DNA of 64,000 nt, taken from Gemmatimonadales bacterium (lineage in GTDB: Bacteria; Gemmatimonadota; Gemmatimonadetes; Gemmatimonadales; GWC2-71-9). Below the pieces are notes generated by a model. That model was not told the origin of the DNA. It did no database searches and saw only the letters and a program-made list of their open reading frames with translations. The DNA is taken from contig DATBFV010000125.1 of NCBI GenBank assembly GCA_036558345.1, forward strand, positions 10,848 through 74,847, given 5' to 3'. Position numbers and translations under genes: made by a program. Shown piece after piece: positions 8,871-18,187 of this stretch (positions are counted from its first letter, which is position 1; each line of letters starts with the position of its first letter).

Positions 8871-10825
8871 TTGCTCGACAATGAGGTTTCGGCTTCCGCG
8901 AACACGGTGACGGTGCTTCCCGCGGCGGCGCGCTCACCGGCGGCTGGCCAGGTGTGGTGAATCCGGCCCCAGCCTTTGATGACGACGCGGAATCCGCGTT
9001 GGTGCAAGGTGCGGACGCCCTCCCGGAGCGGCCGATCGGACACGTCGGGAATGAGCCGATCCGGCGGTGTCGTGGCGGAATCGGGAACGTAGGGCCACGG
9101 CATCACGTACGGCACGAGTCCTTCGGGCTCCGCGAGCGGTATCCGATCCGTGGAAACCACCATGTTGGTGAGCCGCGCCCGATCGAGCGCGACGGTGCGG
9201 GCGGCGAGGGCCTGTTCCAGCATCGAGCGTGTCACCGGCGCCGCCGTCTCCGCCGCGAAGTAGCTGCCCTTCTGCGGATTGTCGATGATCATCACAACGA
9301 CGAGCTGCGGCTGGTCGGCGGGAAAGAGCGCCGCAAACGAAGCGGTGTACTGACCCGTGGCGTAGCGGCCGCCCACCACGCGGCGCGCGGTCCCGGTCTT
9401 GGCGGCGAGCTGGAAATTGGCGAGCGCCGCTTTTTCTCCGGTCCCACCGGCTTCTACCACTCCGCGCAGCAGCTCGCGCAGCTGGGTCGCGACCTCGGGG
9501 GTCACCACCCGGCGCACCGCCTGCGGGCGATGCCGGTAGCGCACCATGCCATCCGGGCCGCGGATTTCGCGCACGAGCGCGGGCTCGAGCAGCACGCCGT
9601 CGTTCGCGATCGCCCCGTAGGCGGCCGCCAACTGAATCGGCGTGACCGAAAGCTCGTAACCGATCGCGAGACTCGCGGAGCTCGGTCGCGACCAGTCTCG
9701 GGGCGGCCGCAGCAGCCCCGGCGACTCCGCGGGAAACTCGACGCCGGTGGGCGTGCCAAAGCCAAAGCCCCTGAGCACGCCGAACTGCTCCTCCGGCTTG
9801 AGCCGCGCGGCGAATTTCACGACCGCGATGTTGCTCGACACACGAATCGCGTCCGCCAGCGTGAGCGATGCCATCGGATGCTCATCGGTGACGACGCGAT
9901 CGGGCAACCGGTAACGGCCACCCTCCCCCGACACGCGCTCGCCCGGGCGCACGCGATCGAACGCGAGCAGCGCCGCCGCGGCGAAGATCTTGGCCACCGA
10001 CCCCGGCTCGAACGTCTCCGTGAAAGCCGACGGGCGCATGCTGCCATCCGCGCGGCGCGAAGCGACCGCGAGCACTTCGCCCGAGCGGGGGTCGAGCATG
10101 ACGACGTCGCCCCCCTCCGCCGCCATGTTCTCGATCGCGTCGTCGAGCGCGCGCTGCGCGATCTCCTGCAGCTCGGCGTCGAGGGTGAGCACGACGTCAT
10201 TGCCGGGCACCGGATCGGCGATTACGCGCGCCGGAGACTCGTATTCGCGACCGGAGCGGTCTTTCAGGACGACCGCTGCACCCGGCGTTCCCGCGAGCAG
10301 CGTGTCGAGCAGACGCTCGAGCCCGCCCCCGCCGCTCCCCGATCCTCGACCGTCCTCCCCCAACCTCCCGATCACGGCGCGGGCGAAATCGGCCGACGGA
10401 TAGAAGCGCCGCAGCACCGGCTCGAGATGCACGCCGCGCAGCGCGCGCAGCGGCTGTATCTCGGCGCTCGTGAACGGGCCGGCAAACCAGGCATACCGCC
10501 GGCGCAGCCCGCGGTCCACGTCGCTCTGTGCGAGTCGAAGTTGGCGAGCGATGACCGCAGCGTCGCGCGCGGGATTCTGCAGCTCGTTGGGAGCGACGCC
10601 CACGTGGTACGTCTCCTGCGTGAGTGCGAGACCCAGCCCGTGGCGGTCGTACAACGTGCCGCGGCGCGCATCCAGCACGACGTGCTCGGTGCGCTGCGCC
10701 CTGGCCACAGCGGCATATTTGCGCCCCTCGAGCAGCTGCACTTGCGCGGCGCGCGCCAGGAGCGCGAGTAACGCTACACCGAGACCCAGCTCGACGACGC
10801 GTAGCCTGACGACGAGTTTGGCCAT
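8867..10825 (-). CDS. ftsI: Division-specific class B penicillin-binding protein (FtsI/PBP3-like)
   Basis: 652 aa. N-terminal TM anchor; transpeptidase motifs SxxK (GSVAKIF), SSN (RVSSNIA) and KTG (AAKTGTA). Confidence 0.88.
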   Translation of the reverse strand: MAKLVVRLRVVELGLGVALLALLARAAQVQLLEGRKYAAVARAQRTEHVVLDARRGTLYDRHGLGLALTQETYHVGVAPNELQNPARDAAVIARQLRLAQSDVDRGLRRRYAWFAGPFTSAEIQPLRALRGVHLEPVLRRFYPSADFARAVIGRLGEDGRGSGSGGGGLERLLDTLLAGTPGAAVVLKDRSGREYESPARVIADPVPGNDVVLTLDAELQEIAQRALDDAIENMAAEGGDVVMLDPRSGEVLAVASRRADGSMRPSAFTETFEPGSVAKIFAAAALLAFDRVRPGERVSGEGGRYRLPDRVVTDEHPMASLTLADAIRVSSNIAVVKFAARLKPEEQFGVLRGFGFGTPTGVEFPAESPGLLRPPRDWSRPSSASLAIGYELSVTPIQLAAAYGAIANDGVLLEPALVREIRGPDGMVRYRHRPQAVRRVVTPEVATQLRELLRGVVEAGGTGEKAALANFQLAAKTGTARRVVGGRYATGQYTASFAALFPADQPQLVVVMIIDNPQKGSYFAAETAAPVTRSMLEQALAARTVALDRARLTNMVVSTDRIPLAEPEGLVPYVMPWPYVPDSATTPPDRLIPDVSDRPLREGVRTLHQRGFRVVIKGWGRIHHTWPAAGERAAAGSTVTVFAEAETSLSSK

Positions 10826-11136
10826 TACGGCCGGTCTCGCGGTTCAGGAGGTTGGTGAGAGTCTGACGGTGTCGGGATCAGAATGATCTCGGTGTCGGCC
10901 GGCAGGCGCAGGCCAAGCTTCTGCGCGCGCGGCAGCAGCACTGCGCGGCTCTGGCCTGTGCGCACGCGCCGCTCGAGATCGGCCCGGCGGCCCTCCAGCG
11001 CGGCACGCTCTCCACGCAAGTCTGTCAGGGCGCGCGCCGCGTTGAGCGCGGAGGTCTGCCGCGCGATGACGAGCCACAGCGCCCCCAGCAGCGCGACGAG
11101 CCAGACCGCGATCCAGTGACGGCCTCTAAGCTTCAT
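10825..11136 (-). CDS. FtsL-like bitopic cell division protein
   Basis: Start trimmed to the ATG at 11136. MKLRGRHWIAVWLVALLGALWLVIARQ forms a single TM, followed by a coiled-coil-like segment. Its position between rsmH and ftsI is typical for ftsL. No strong sequence signature. Confidence 0.55.
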   Translation of the reverse strand: MKLRGRHWIAVWLVALLGALWLVIARQTSALNAARALTDLRGERAALEGRRADLERRVRTGQSRAVLLPRAQKLGLRLPADTEIILIPTPSDSHQPPEPRDRP

Positions 11137-12067
11137 CGCTGGAGACTTTCTCGAACGCCCGAAACTGCGCCGAGCGGGCGCGCGGGTTCGCCGCGACTTC
11201 TCGGGCCTCGGGCACGATCGCCTTCTTCGTGAGCACTCGTCCCAGCGGCTTGCCGCGGCACGTGCAGACAGGCTGCCGGGGCGGGCAGATGCACGCTCGG
11301 CTCCATTCGCGAAACGCATGCTTCACGATCCGGTCTTCGCCGGAGTGATACGTAATCACACCGAGCCGACCGCCGGGCACGAGGGCATCGCGCAGTGCCG
11401 GCAGAGCGGTCGACAGTGTTTCGAGCTCGTCATTCACCGCAATGCGGAGTGCCTGAAACAGCCGCGCGAAGTCCGCGGGGCCGGACCGCGGGCCGAGCAC
11501 CGCGCGAATGGCGTTCACGAAGTCATCACTGACGCTGAAAGACGCCGAAAGACGCCGGCGGACAATCTCTTTTGCGAGCGCGCGTCCCCGCCGCTCGTCC
11601 GCGTAATCGGTAAACACCGCAGCCAAGCGCTCGACCGGCCACGTATTCAAAATGTCGCGAGCTGTCACCCCGGCTCGGGTCATCCGCATGTCGAGCGGCG
11701 CCCCGGGCCGAAAAGTGAACCCGCGCTCGAGCGTATCGATTTGATGTGAGCTCACGCCGAGGTCGAGCAGAATGCGATCGGGGTGAAAGGCAACAATGGC
11801 GGCAAGGGCGGCAGGGGCGGCAAAGGAGGCTTCGAGATACTGGATGGCGTCGATGCCCAGACGGGATTGGGCCGCCGCAATTGCCGCTGGATCACGATCA
11901 ACACCGAGGACGGCGGCGCCGAGTTCGCGCAGGATCGCGGCGTGACCGCCGCCGCCGAGTGTCCCGTCGACCGCGCGCGTACCCCCGGTCGCCCATTCTC
12001 TGACGGCCTCGGCAAGTACCGGGATGTGATAAGGGGTCGAGGGTGACTCCGACGCGGCCGTGAGCAC
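11126..12067 (-). CDS. rsmH: 16S rRNA (cytosine1402-N4)-methyltransferase RsmH/MraW
   Basis: 313 aa. HIPVL, TLGGGGHA and DLGVSSHQ motifs. GTG start at 12067. Confidence 0.92.
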   Translation of the reverse strand: MLTAASESPSTPYHIPVLAEAVREWATGGTRAVDGTLGGGGHAAILRELGAAVLGVDRDPAAIAAAQSRLGIDAIQYLEASFAAPAALAAIVAFHPDRILLDLGVSSHQIDTLERGFTFRPGAPLDMRMTRAGVTARDILNTWPVERLAAVFTDYADERRGRALAKEIVRRRLSASFSVSDDFVNAIRAVLGPRSGPADFARLFQALRIAVNDELETLSTALPALRDALVPGGRLGVITYHSGEDRIVKHAFREWSRACICPPRQPVCTCRGKPLGRVLTKKAIVPEAREVAANPRARSAQFRAFEKVSSDEA

Positions 12068-12070
12068 TCT

Positions 12071-12110
12071 CCAAAATAAGAAGAACCCCCGCCACTATGG
12101 GCGGGGGTTC
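12071..12110 (-). terminator. Rho-independent terminator downstream of tRNA-Asp
   Basis: On the minus strand, an 11-bp perfect GC stem (12083..12093 / 12100..12110) with a 6-nt loop is followed by TTCTTCTTATTTT. Confidence 0.85.
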
Positions 12111-12130
12111 AAGTCGTCGGGGTACTCAGG

Positions 12131-12204
12131 CGGGGCTGACGGGGCTCGAACCCGCGACCTCCGGTGTGACAGACCGGCGCTCTAACCAGCTGAGCTACAA
12201 CCCC
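12131..12204 (-). tRNA. tRNA-Asp (anticodon GTC)
   Basis: Reverse complement: GGGGTTGTAGCTCAGCTGGTTAGAGCGCCGGTCTGTCACACCGGAGGTCGCGGGTTCGAGCCCCGTCAGCCCCG. Cloverleaf folds; anticodon loop is CTGTCAC; CCA is not encoded. Confidence 0.92.
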
Positions 12205-12262
12205 AAAAGCCCCTCACAGAGCGCCGGAATATAGACCCGGGGTTAGGTCAATTCAACGCCCG

Positions 12263-14074
12263 CTACAGCGCCGGGCTGCACTTGAATGCCGCCTGTACCG
12301 ACGGCTTCGCCTTTTCGTACTGCGCCACGAATCCCAACATCTGGTCCGCCGTCGGCGGGTGGACCCGACGCCCGAGCAGCAGCGCCGCTTTGGTACGCGA
12401 CAGGCGCTCGAACACCGAACGCGCTTGCGGGCACCGTGCAGCGCCTTTCGCCTTCGTCATATCCTGATACGGGCCGTTGAGTGTGAGAACGGACGAGAGA
12501 CCATACCAGAAGCTCCCGTTGATGCGCACCTGGTGCTTCGGTCCCAGGGTATCCGAGGCGGTACGGGGCTGGTAGCCGATGATCGAGAGCAGCGAATCGG
12601 TCCATTGATAGGCCGCGGGATACGCGCCGACCTGCGCGATCTTCGAGCCGGCCGTCAGCATGATTACCGATGCCGCGAGGCGCTGCGTGGAGTCGCTCGA
12701 GGCGAGACCGGGTTTCAGATAGGGTTTCGCCGAATCGATTTTTTGCACAAACGTCGCTCGCAACCGGTTTTGCGCAGCCGTATCGGATTTCGGTATGTGG
12801 TTGATAGCCGCAGTATCCCACACCGCTCGATCCACCAGCGTTTTGGCAACCTGCAGGCTGGTGGCGACGTCGTTCGGCTCGATCGCCAGAGCCTTCTTGT
12901 AGAAGATCAGCGCTGAATCGGTCTTGCCGGCGAGCTCGTACGCGCCTGCGCGCGCTTTGACATAGCTCGCATTGTTCGGGAAATGCTTCACCGCCGCGCC
13001 GGTTATCATCATGAGCGCGGCTGTGTCGGACACCTGCTGTGCCGCTCCAATCGCCGGCTTCAAGAACGTCGTGTCGCCACCGAGCGCGGAGTCATGCTCG
13101 AGTTTTGCGACCCATACGTCGCTCGCGCAGCGGAAGTTCGAGCTCTCGGTGCAAATCGTGAGCTTGTACTCGAGCAGCTGCTGTTCGCCCGGCATCAACT
13201 TCAATCCTTCATCCAGCACGTGCACCGCGCGATCGGTATTGTGGTTCAGCTTGAGCAGCTGCGCGACGCCGAGGCGCTTCTGAACGTTGCGCGGCTCGCC
13301 GCAGAGCTGTTGGACATAGGCATCCATAGCCTTCGCCGTATCGCCCTTCTGTTGATAGCCGCTCGCGAGCTTCTCCAACGCGGTCCCGTTGCAGGAATCG
13401 CCTTTCAGCGCTTGCTGCGACGCGTAGATCACGCTGTCGATCGGCGCGCGCTGCGCCTCGTGGATCGTCGCGATGCAGAGCCACGCGCCCGTGGAGTTGG
13501 GATCGATCTGAAGCGCCTTGTTGGCCGCGGCGCGCGCGCGTGAGAACTGGCCTTTGCGCCGTTCGTCATTGCAATCGCGTACCGGCTCACTGATCCGCAC
13601 CATCTGCGCAATCCGCTGGGCGATGCCCTCGGCCATCGCCGCCGGTGCTCCCGGGGTTCCGTTCGCTGTCGTGAACCGGCCCGCGATTCCCGACGAACCG
13701 ATATCGTACACCTGCACGTCCGCGCCCTGCTTCGCATAATCGCCGTGGACGTAGGAGTGCACCTGGAGGAACCGCGCGAGCTGCTTCGCCTGCTGCTCAT
13801 CGAGCAAGCCGTTGCACGCGAATCCCGACTGGCCGAGCGCCTCGCACAGCTTCGCTTTCGTCACGACCATGACTTTGCTCTTGACGAGCTGATTGACGCG
13901 GTCGCGAACGGCGTCAGACAACGCGATGGCGGCCGCCGAGTCGGCCGGCGTGTTCCACATGAGGGGCAGGATCAGCAATCGTTCGGTCGGCTGTGCCGGC
14001 GCGGCCAGCTGCTGCGCGCGCGCCGTCAGCACAACCCCGAGCGTCAGCCCCACTGCGTATTGAAGCGCTCTCAC
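12263..14074 (-). CDS. Secreted TPR-like repeat protein, Cys-rich
   Basis: 603 aa. Signal peptide MRALQYAVGLTLGVVLTARAQQ. TPR-like helical repeats (ALQIDPNS, ALAIEPND). About ten Cys. Confidence 0.7.
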   Translation of the reverse strand: MRALQYAVGLTLGVVLTARAQQLAAPAQPTERLLILPLMWNTPADSAAAIALSDAVRDRVNQLVKSKVMVVTKAKLCEALGQSGFACNGLLDEQQAKQLARFLQVHSYVHGDYAKQGADVQVYDIGSSGIAGRFTTANGTPGAPAAMAEGIAQRIAQMVRISEPVRDCNDERRKGQFSRARAAANKALQIDPNSTGAWLCIATIHEAQRAPIDSVIYASQQALKGDSCNGTALEKLASGYQQKGDTAKAMDAYVQQLCGEPRNVQKRLGVAQLLKLNHNTDRAVHVLDEGLKLMPGEQQLLEYKLTICTESSNFRCASDVWVAKLEHDSALGGDTTFLKPAIGAAQQVSDTAALMMITGAAVKHFPNNASYVKARAGAYELAGKTDSALIFYKKALAIEPNDVATSLQVAKTLVDRAVWDTAAINHIPKSDTAAQNRLRATFVQKIDSAKPYLKPGLASSDSTQRLAASVIMLTAGSKIAQVGAYPAAYQWTDSLLSIIGYQPRTASDTLGPKHQVRINGSFWYGLSSVLTLNGPYQDMTKAKGAARCPQARSVFERLSRTKAALLLGRRVHPPTADQMLGFVAQYEKAKPSVQAAFKCSPAL

Positions 14075-14109
14075 CGTGTTCGTTCCTCCGTTACGGGCTG
14101 CTACACCAA

Positions 14110-14183
14110 TGGGCGAAGAGGGATTCGAACCCCCGACATCCTGCGTGTAAGGCAGGCGCTCTGAACCGCTGAGCTATTCGCCC
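14110..14183 (-). tRNA. tRNA-Val (anticodon TAC)
   Basis: Reverse complement: GGGCGAATAGCTCAGCGGTTCAGAGCGCCTGCCTTACACGCAGGATGTCGGGGGTTCGAATCCCTCTTCGCCCA. Anticodon loop is CTTACAC. Confidence 0.92.
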
Positions 14184-14205
14184 GTGCCATGGGGGAGCGG
14201 AGGTG

Positions 14206-14391
14206 CTAGAGGGCCAGGCCTACTGGGAACAGAATGCAGTAGCCCAGCACCAGCAGCACCGGCGCGAGCGTCGTGGATCCCTTCGACAGCAACCAATACC
14301 CAAGCGCCAACGAAACGAGTGCGCCACCGAGAGCGATGTAGTTCTTCGGGCCGAAGCGGAGGCGCGAGCGTGTGAGTGTTTGGTCTGGCAT
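14206..14391 (-). CDS. Small two-TM membrane protein (DUF3098-like pattern)
   Basis: 61 aa. FGPKNYIALGGALVSLALGYWLL, then APVLLVLGYCILFPVGLAL. Family assignment is from memory only. Confidence 0.5.
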   Translation of the reverse strand: MPDQTLTRSRLRFGPKNYIALGGALVSLALGYWLLSKGSTTLAPVLLVLGYCILFPVGLAL

Positions 14392-14405
14392 TTAGGGGCT
14401 GGAGT

Positions 14406-15410
14406 CTATTCGGTAATCTCAAGCTCGTCAAGCAGTTGGCTTCCATCCGACTCTCCGGCGGCTTGTTCGAGCGCCGCCCGCTTCCGGCGGTCCCGGCGGC
14501 GCCGCATCACGACGAGTGCGACGAGCAATGCGCCGAGTGCCAGCCAGGAGAAGCCCATCGCCGCCAGCCACGACAGCCAGCCGTAGCGCGACCCGACATC
14601 CTTTTGCCAACGGAGCTCAAAGTCTCCTTCAGTGACGTGATACGTGGCGCGCAGAGCGGCATCGAACGATTCCGCGCTCGGAAGATTGGCCAGCAGCGGC
14701 GTCAGCCCGCGTTCCCCGCCCCAGCGCTGCAGCAGTAGCACAGCCGTCGTCGCAAGGGCGTAGCCGCTCTCCGCGTCGCCACGATCGCCGCGCAATGCGC
14801 GATCAATTTCGTCGAGATCCATATGCACGCCCCGCGCCAGTTGCCAGTTCAGCTGGAGCGCATCCAGGCGATCCCACTCCTGGGCAGCCACGGCCGCATA
14901 TCCCTCCTCGAACCAGAGCGGGACATGCCGTCGCACGTGCCAGCGCAGCGCGAGATGCGCGAGCTCGTGCCGCAGGGCGACGGTTGCACGGTTGGACGGT
15001 TGGACGGTGAGCAGGACGATCGTGCCGGCGTCGGGAAACGCCGCGCCTTCACTCCACAGCGGCAGCCGCCCGCGTGTGAGCGAGTCATAACGCGCGCGCG
15101 TCGGCGCGAGAATGAGGTGAATCGGACGATCACCGGGCATGGGACCGATGCCGGGGAAATTGCCTGCGTCATCGGCGAGCTCCGCCAACGCCGTCGCGAG
15201 GCCCTGCTGGCTCGGCCAGGCGACCGCGGTCACACGCCCAACGGTGACGGCGACGGGGGTGGAAGACGGTGGGGACGACAAGCCCTGCAGCAGCAGAGCG
15301 CAAAGAGCTAGTCTCGCGGCGGCTCCTCGCCCTTGGCGACAAGCTCCAGCATTTCCTGACACCGCTTGCCCCAGGGGTTGAACTTGTTGGCCTTGAATCC
15401 ATCCTGCCAC
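14406..15410 (-). CDS. Putative membrane-anchored HExxH zinc-metallopeptidase-like protein
   Basis: HELAHLAL plus downstream FEEGYA (gluzincin-like third ligand). C-terminal TM WLSWLAAMGFSWLALGALLVALVV, then RRRRDRRKR. The start is uncertain: 15410, or the GTG at 15362. Confidence 0.5.
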   Translation of the reverse strand: MAGWIQGQQVQPLGQAVSGNAGACRQGRGAAARLALCALLLQGLSSPPSSTPVAVTVGRVTAVAWPSQQGLATALAELADDAGNFPGIGPMPGDRPIHLILAPTRARYDSLTRGRLPLWSEGAAFPDAGTIVLLTVQPSNRATVALRHELAHLALRWHVRRHVPLWFEEGYAAVAAQEWDRLDALQLNWQLARGVHMDLDEIDRALRGDRGDAESGYALATTAVLLLQRWGGERGLTPLLANLPSAESFDAALRATYHVTEGDFELRWQKDVGSRYGWLSWLAAMGFSWLALGALLVALVVMRRRRDRRKRAALEQAAGESDGSQLLDELEITE

Positions 15411-16189
15411 GTGGACTTCGCCTTCTCCTGATCGCCCGCGAACCAGTGCGCGCGCCCCAGCTCGTAATACGCTTCGATCAGGTTCGGCCCCAACTTGAGC
15501 GTCTTCTGGAAGAACGTCTCCGCATCCTCGTACATCTCGCGCTGCAAATACACGAGGCCGAGATAGAAGTGCGCGTACAACGTCGCCTTCTTGTCGTTGT
15601 CCAGCCGGATGGCCTTGGAGAGGTGCTCGATCGCCTCGCCGAAGATCTGCTTCTTGAGGCAGATGTAGCCGACGTTGATTCGCGCGAGCGAGTTCGCCGG
15701 CTCTTTCATCAGAACCTTCTGGAACGTGCCGAGCGCATCATCGTAGTCCTCGTGCAGCATCTGCGCCCAGCCCAGCAGCGACTCGGCCTTGGTCTCGCCG
15801 GGTGAGAGTTGCAGCGCCTTGGCAAGCGCCTGAATCGCACCGGCATGATCGCCAAGCGAGATGAGACTCCACCCTTTTTCGATGAACGTGGAAGCGCCGA
15901 TGTGATCGGCGTGCATCGCGGGCCGCTCGCCGGTGAACACCGGCGCCGCGGCCTGCTTGGTATCGGGGGTGAGCTGCTTATACCGATCGACGAGCTGGCG
16001 GATGTCCTCCTTCAACTGCGTCAGCTCACCCAGTTGCCCGTCGACCTTCTTGAAGAACGCGATGATCTCGCGCTTCGTGGCTTCGCGCTCGGCGCTGCCC
16101 CCGGCCGGGCCGGAAGCGGCACCGTCGAGCTTCCTCGCGATGGCGTCGTATTCCCGGCGCAGCGTCTCGACCGGTGATTCGTCCGTCAT
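15308..16189 (-). CDS. TPR repeat protein with N-terminal coiled-coil segment
   Basis: Start trimmed to the ATG at 16189 (ATGA overlap with the cheW stop). MTDESPVETLRREYDAIARKL..., then about 5 TPRs. The 496-aa track ORF carries an Arg-rich artefactual N-terminus. Confidence 0.75.
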   Translation of the reverse strand: MTDESPVETLRREYDAIARKLDGAASGPAGGSAEREATKREIIAFFKKVDGQLGELTQLKEDIRQLVDRYKQLTPDTKQAAAPVFTGERPAMHADHIGASTFIEKGWSLISLGDHAGAIQALAKALQLSPGETKAESLLGWAQMLHEDYDDALGTFQKVLMKEPANSLARINVGYICLKKQIFGEAIEHLSKAIRLDNDKKATLYAHFYLGLVYLQREMYEDAETFFQKTLKLGPNLIEAYYELGRAHWFAGDQEKAKSTWQDGFKANKFNPWGKRCQEMLELVAKGEEPPRD

Positions 16190-16659
16190 GTGGCTCCCTG
16201 CAGGGCCAGTTTCTCTTGCGAGTTGAGCAGCTTGTTCGTATTCAGCACGACAATCGTGCGGCCATTCTGCACGACCAGCCCGGCGATGTATTCTGCCGCG
16301 AGCCCGCGCACGATGCCGGGGGGCGGCGTCACAGCCTGGGCCGCTACCTGCATCACCTCGGTCACCGCATCGACGATCACGCCGATCTTGCCGCCGTCGA
16401 ACTCGAGAATGACCGTCCGAGTGTCCTCGCGGAGCGGCGCGGCCACACCGAAACGCTTGCGCAGATCCACGAGCGGCACGGCGCTTCCCTGGTATTGCAG
16501 CACGCCTTCCAGAAACTCCGGGGCCTTGGGCAGCGGCGCCGGCGCTTCGTACCGCAGAATCCGCTCGACCTGAAAGATGTTGAAGGCGAAATCCTGGCCG
16601 GCCACCTTGAACGTGACCAGTTGGACGTCGTCGCCGCCGGCACTCGAGATCGTGCTCAT
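16186..16659 (-). CDS. cheW: Chemotaxis coupling protein CheW
   Basis: 157 aa. LVTFKVAGQDFAFNIFQVERIL...GVLQYQGSAVPLVDLRKRFG is a typical CheW fold signature. Confidence 0.88.
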   Translation of the reverse strand: MSTISSAGGDDVQLVTFKVAGQDFAFNIFQVERILRYEAPAPLPKAPEFLEGVLQYQGSAVPLVDLRKRFGVAAPLREDTRTVILEFDGGKIGVIVDAVTEVMQVAAQAVTPPPGIVRGLAAEYIAGLVVQNGRTIVVLNTNKLLNSQEKLALQGAT

Positions 16660-17081
16660 GTGATGCGATCACTGAGGGCATCGAGATCGAGGATCGGCAC
16701 CAGCCCGCTCTCCTGCTTGGCGACGCCTGCGGCCCACGGCAGCGATTGCCCGCGCGGCACCGGCAGCGGCTGCTCGCGCACAACGGCATCGGCATCATCC
16801 ACCTCGAATGCGACCTGGCGATTTCGCGCGCCGCTGCCGAGCTCCACGAGCACGACGGTCCGCAAGACCGCCTCCCCGACAGCTGGAGCCTCGCGACCGG
16901 TGAGCAACGCGCCGAGGTGAATGAGCGGCACGAGACGGCCGCGCAGCGGCGTCAGACCGCGAATGGACGGGAGCTTGCGCGGGACCTGCAATACTTCCGT
17001 CGTGTCGCCTACTTCGAGCACGCGAGCGACCGGGAGGCCGTAGGGCTTGCCTTCGGAACGCACGAGCAAGTAGCCCTTCAT
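16656..17081 (-). CDS. Divergent CheW-like protein
   Basis: 141 aa. [21 protein letters not shown]...[18 protein letters not shown] follows the CheW pattern but is more divergent. Confidence 0.65.
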   Translation of the reverse strand: MKGYLLVRSEGKPYGLPVARVLEVGDTTEVLQVPRKLPSIRGLTPLRGRLVPLIHLGALLTGREAPAVGEAVLRTVVLVELGSGARNRQVAFEVDDADAVVREQPLPVPRGQSLPWAAGVAKQESGLVPILDLDALSDRIT

Positions 17082-18187
17082 CGGATTCCCTTACGCACCA
17101 GCTCGACGGCCACCCGCTCGGCGATTTGCGCGAGCGGTAGCACCGCGTCGACGCCGCCCGCCTGCACCGCGGCCCCCGGCATGCCATGGATCACCGATGT
17201 CTCGCGGTCCTGGGCGAAGCCAGAGCCGCCGGCGTCCTTGATCGCGCGCAGGCCGCCGGCGCCGTCGCGGCCCATGCCGGTGAGCACGACGCCAACACTG
17301 CGAGCGCCGTACACTTCGGCGATCGAGCGAAACAGCGGATCGGCCGCCGGCCGGACACCCCAGAGCGGGGCTGATTGGTCGAGCGCGATTACCGGACCGT
17401 CGGGAGCAGAGCGCACCCGCATATGATAATCGCCCGGGGCCACATATGCCGTGTCGGCCACGATCGGTGCGCCGTCATCCGCCTCGACGACGCGCAGGCG
17501 ACTCATCGAGTCGAGCCGCTCTGCGAGACTGCGCGTGAATCTGGGCGGCATGTGTTGCACGACCAGAACCGCCGCACCGCGGCCGGTGGGCAGGCGCGGC
17601 ACCACATCCGCGAGCGCGCGCGGCCCGCCGGTGGATGCGGCGATTCCGACGGCCAGCAATGCCCGCCGGCGCAGGCCCAGATCGGGCGGGTGGATGACTT
17701 GTGCCGGCGGCCGCGCCAGGACCTTGACGTGAGAGACGTCCGCGGCGAGCGCGCGGCGCAGCGCCGCGATCAGCTCAGGCGCCAGCGCCTCCAACGCGGC
17801 GCGCGGATGCCCAAAGCCCTCGGCCGGCAGCGGCGGCTTCGCGACGATTTCCACCGCGCCGAGCTCGAGCGCGCGGATCGCCGCCTGGGTCCCCGGGCCG
17901 GCGTGCGCGCTCACGACGACGATGGGCCGCGGCGCCTCGGACATGATGTACCCGATGGCGCCCAGCCCATCGAGGTGCGGCATCTCGAGATCGAGTGTGA
18001 CGACGTCGGGCCTGTACTGATGGACCTTCCGAATCGCGTCGATGCCGTCGCGGGCCGTCGCCACCACGTGAAACTCGCCGTTTTGCGCATCACCGCCGCC
18101 GAGGACATCGACGAGCACCCGCCGCATGAGGGCGCTGTCGTCGGCGACCAGAACCGTCGGCCGCTGGGATTCAGATGACGTCGACAT
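17078..18187 (-). CDS. cheB: Chemotaxis response regulator protein-glutamate methylesterase CheB
   Basis: Start trimmed to the ATG at 18187. REC domain ([22 protein letters not shown]) plus methylesterase domain ([26 protein letters not shown]). Confidence 0.9.
   Translation of the reverse strand: MSTSSESQRPTVLVADDSALMRRVLVDVLGGGDAQNGEFHVVATARDGIDAIRKVHQYRPDVVTLDLEMPHLDGLGAIGYIMSEAPRPIVVVSAHAGPGTQAAIRALELGAVEIVAKPPLPAEGFGHPRAALEALAPELIAALRRALAADVSHVKVLARPPAQVIHPPDLGLRRRALLAVGIAASTGGPRALADVVPRLPTGRGAAVLVVQHMPPRFTRSLAERLDSMSRLRVVEADDGAPIVADTAYVAPGDYHMRVRSAPDGPVIALDQSAPLWGVRPAADPLFRSIAEVYGARSVGVVLTGMGRDGAGGLRAIKDAGGSGFAQDRETSVIHGMPGAAVQAGGVDAVLPLAQIAERVAVELVRKGIR

Noticed and set aside
12263-14074. 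Genomic island or integrative element between the two tRNAs
   Set aside because: There is no integrase, no transposase, no direct repeat of a tRNA 3' end, and only one gene.
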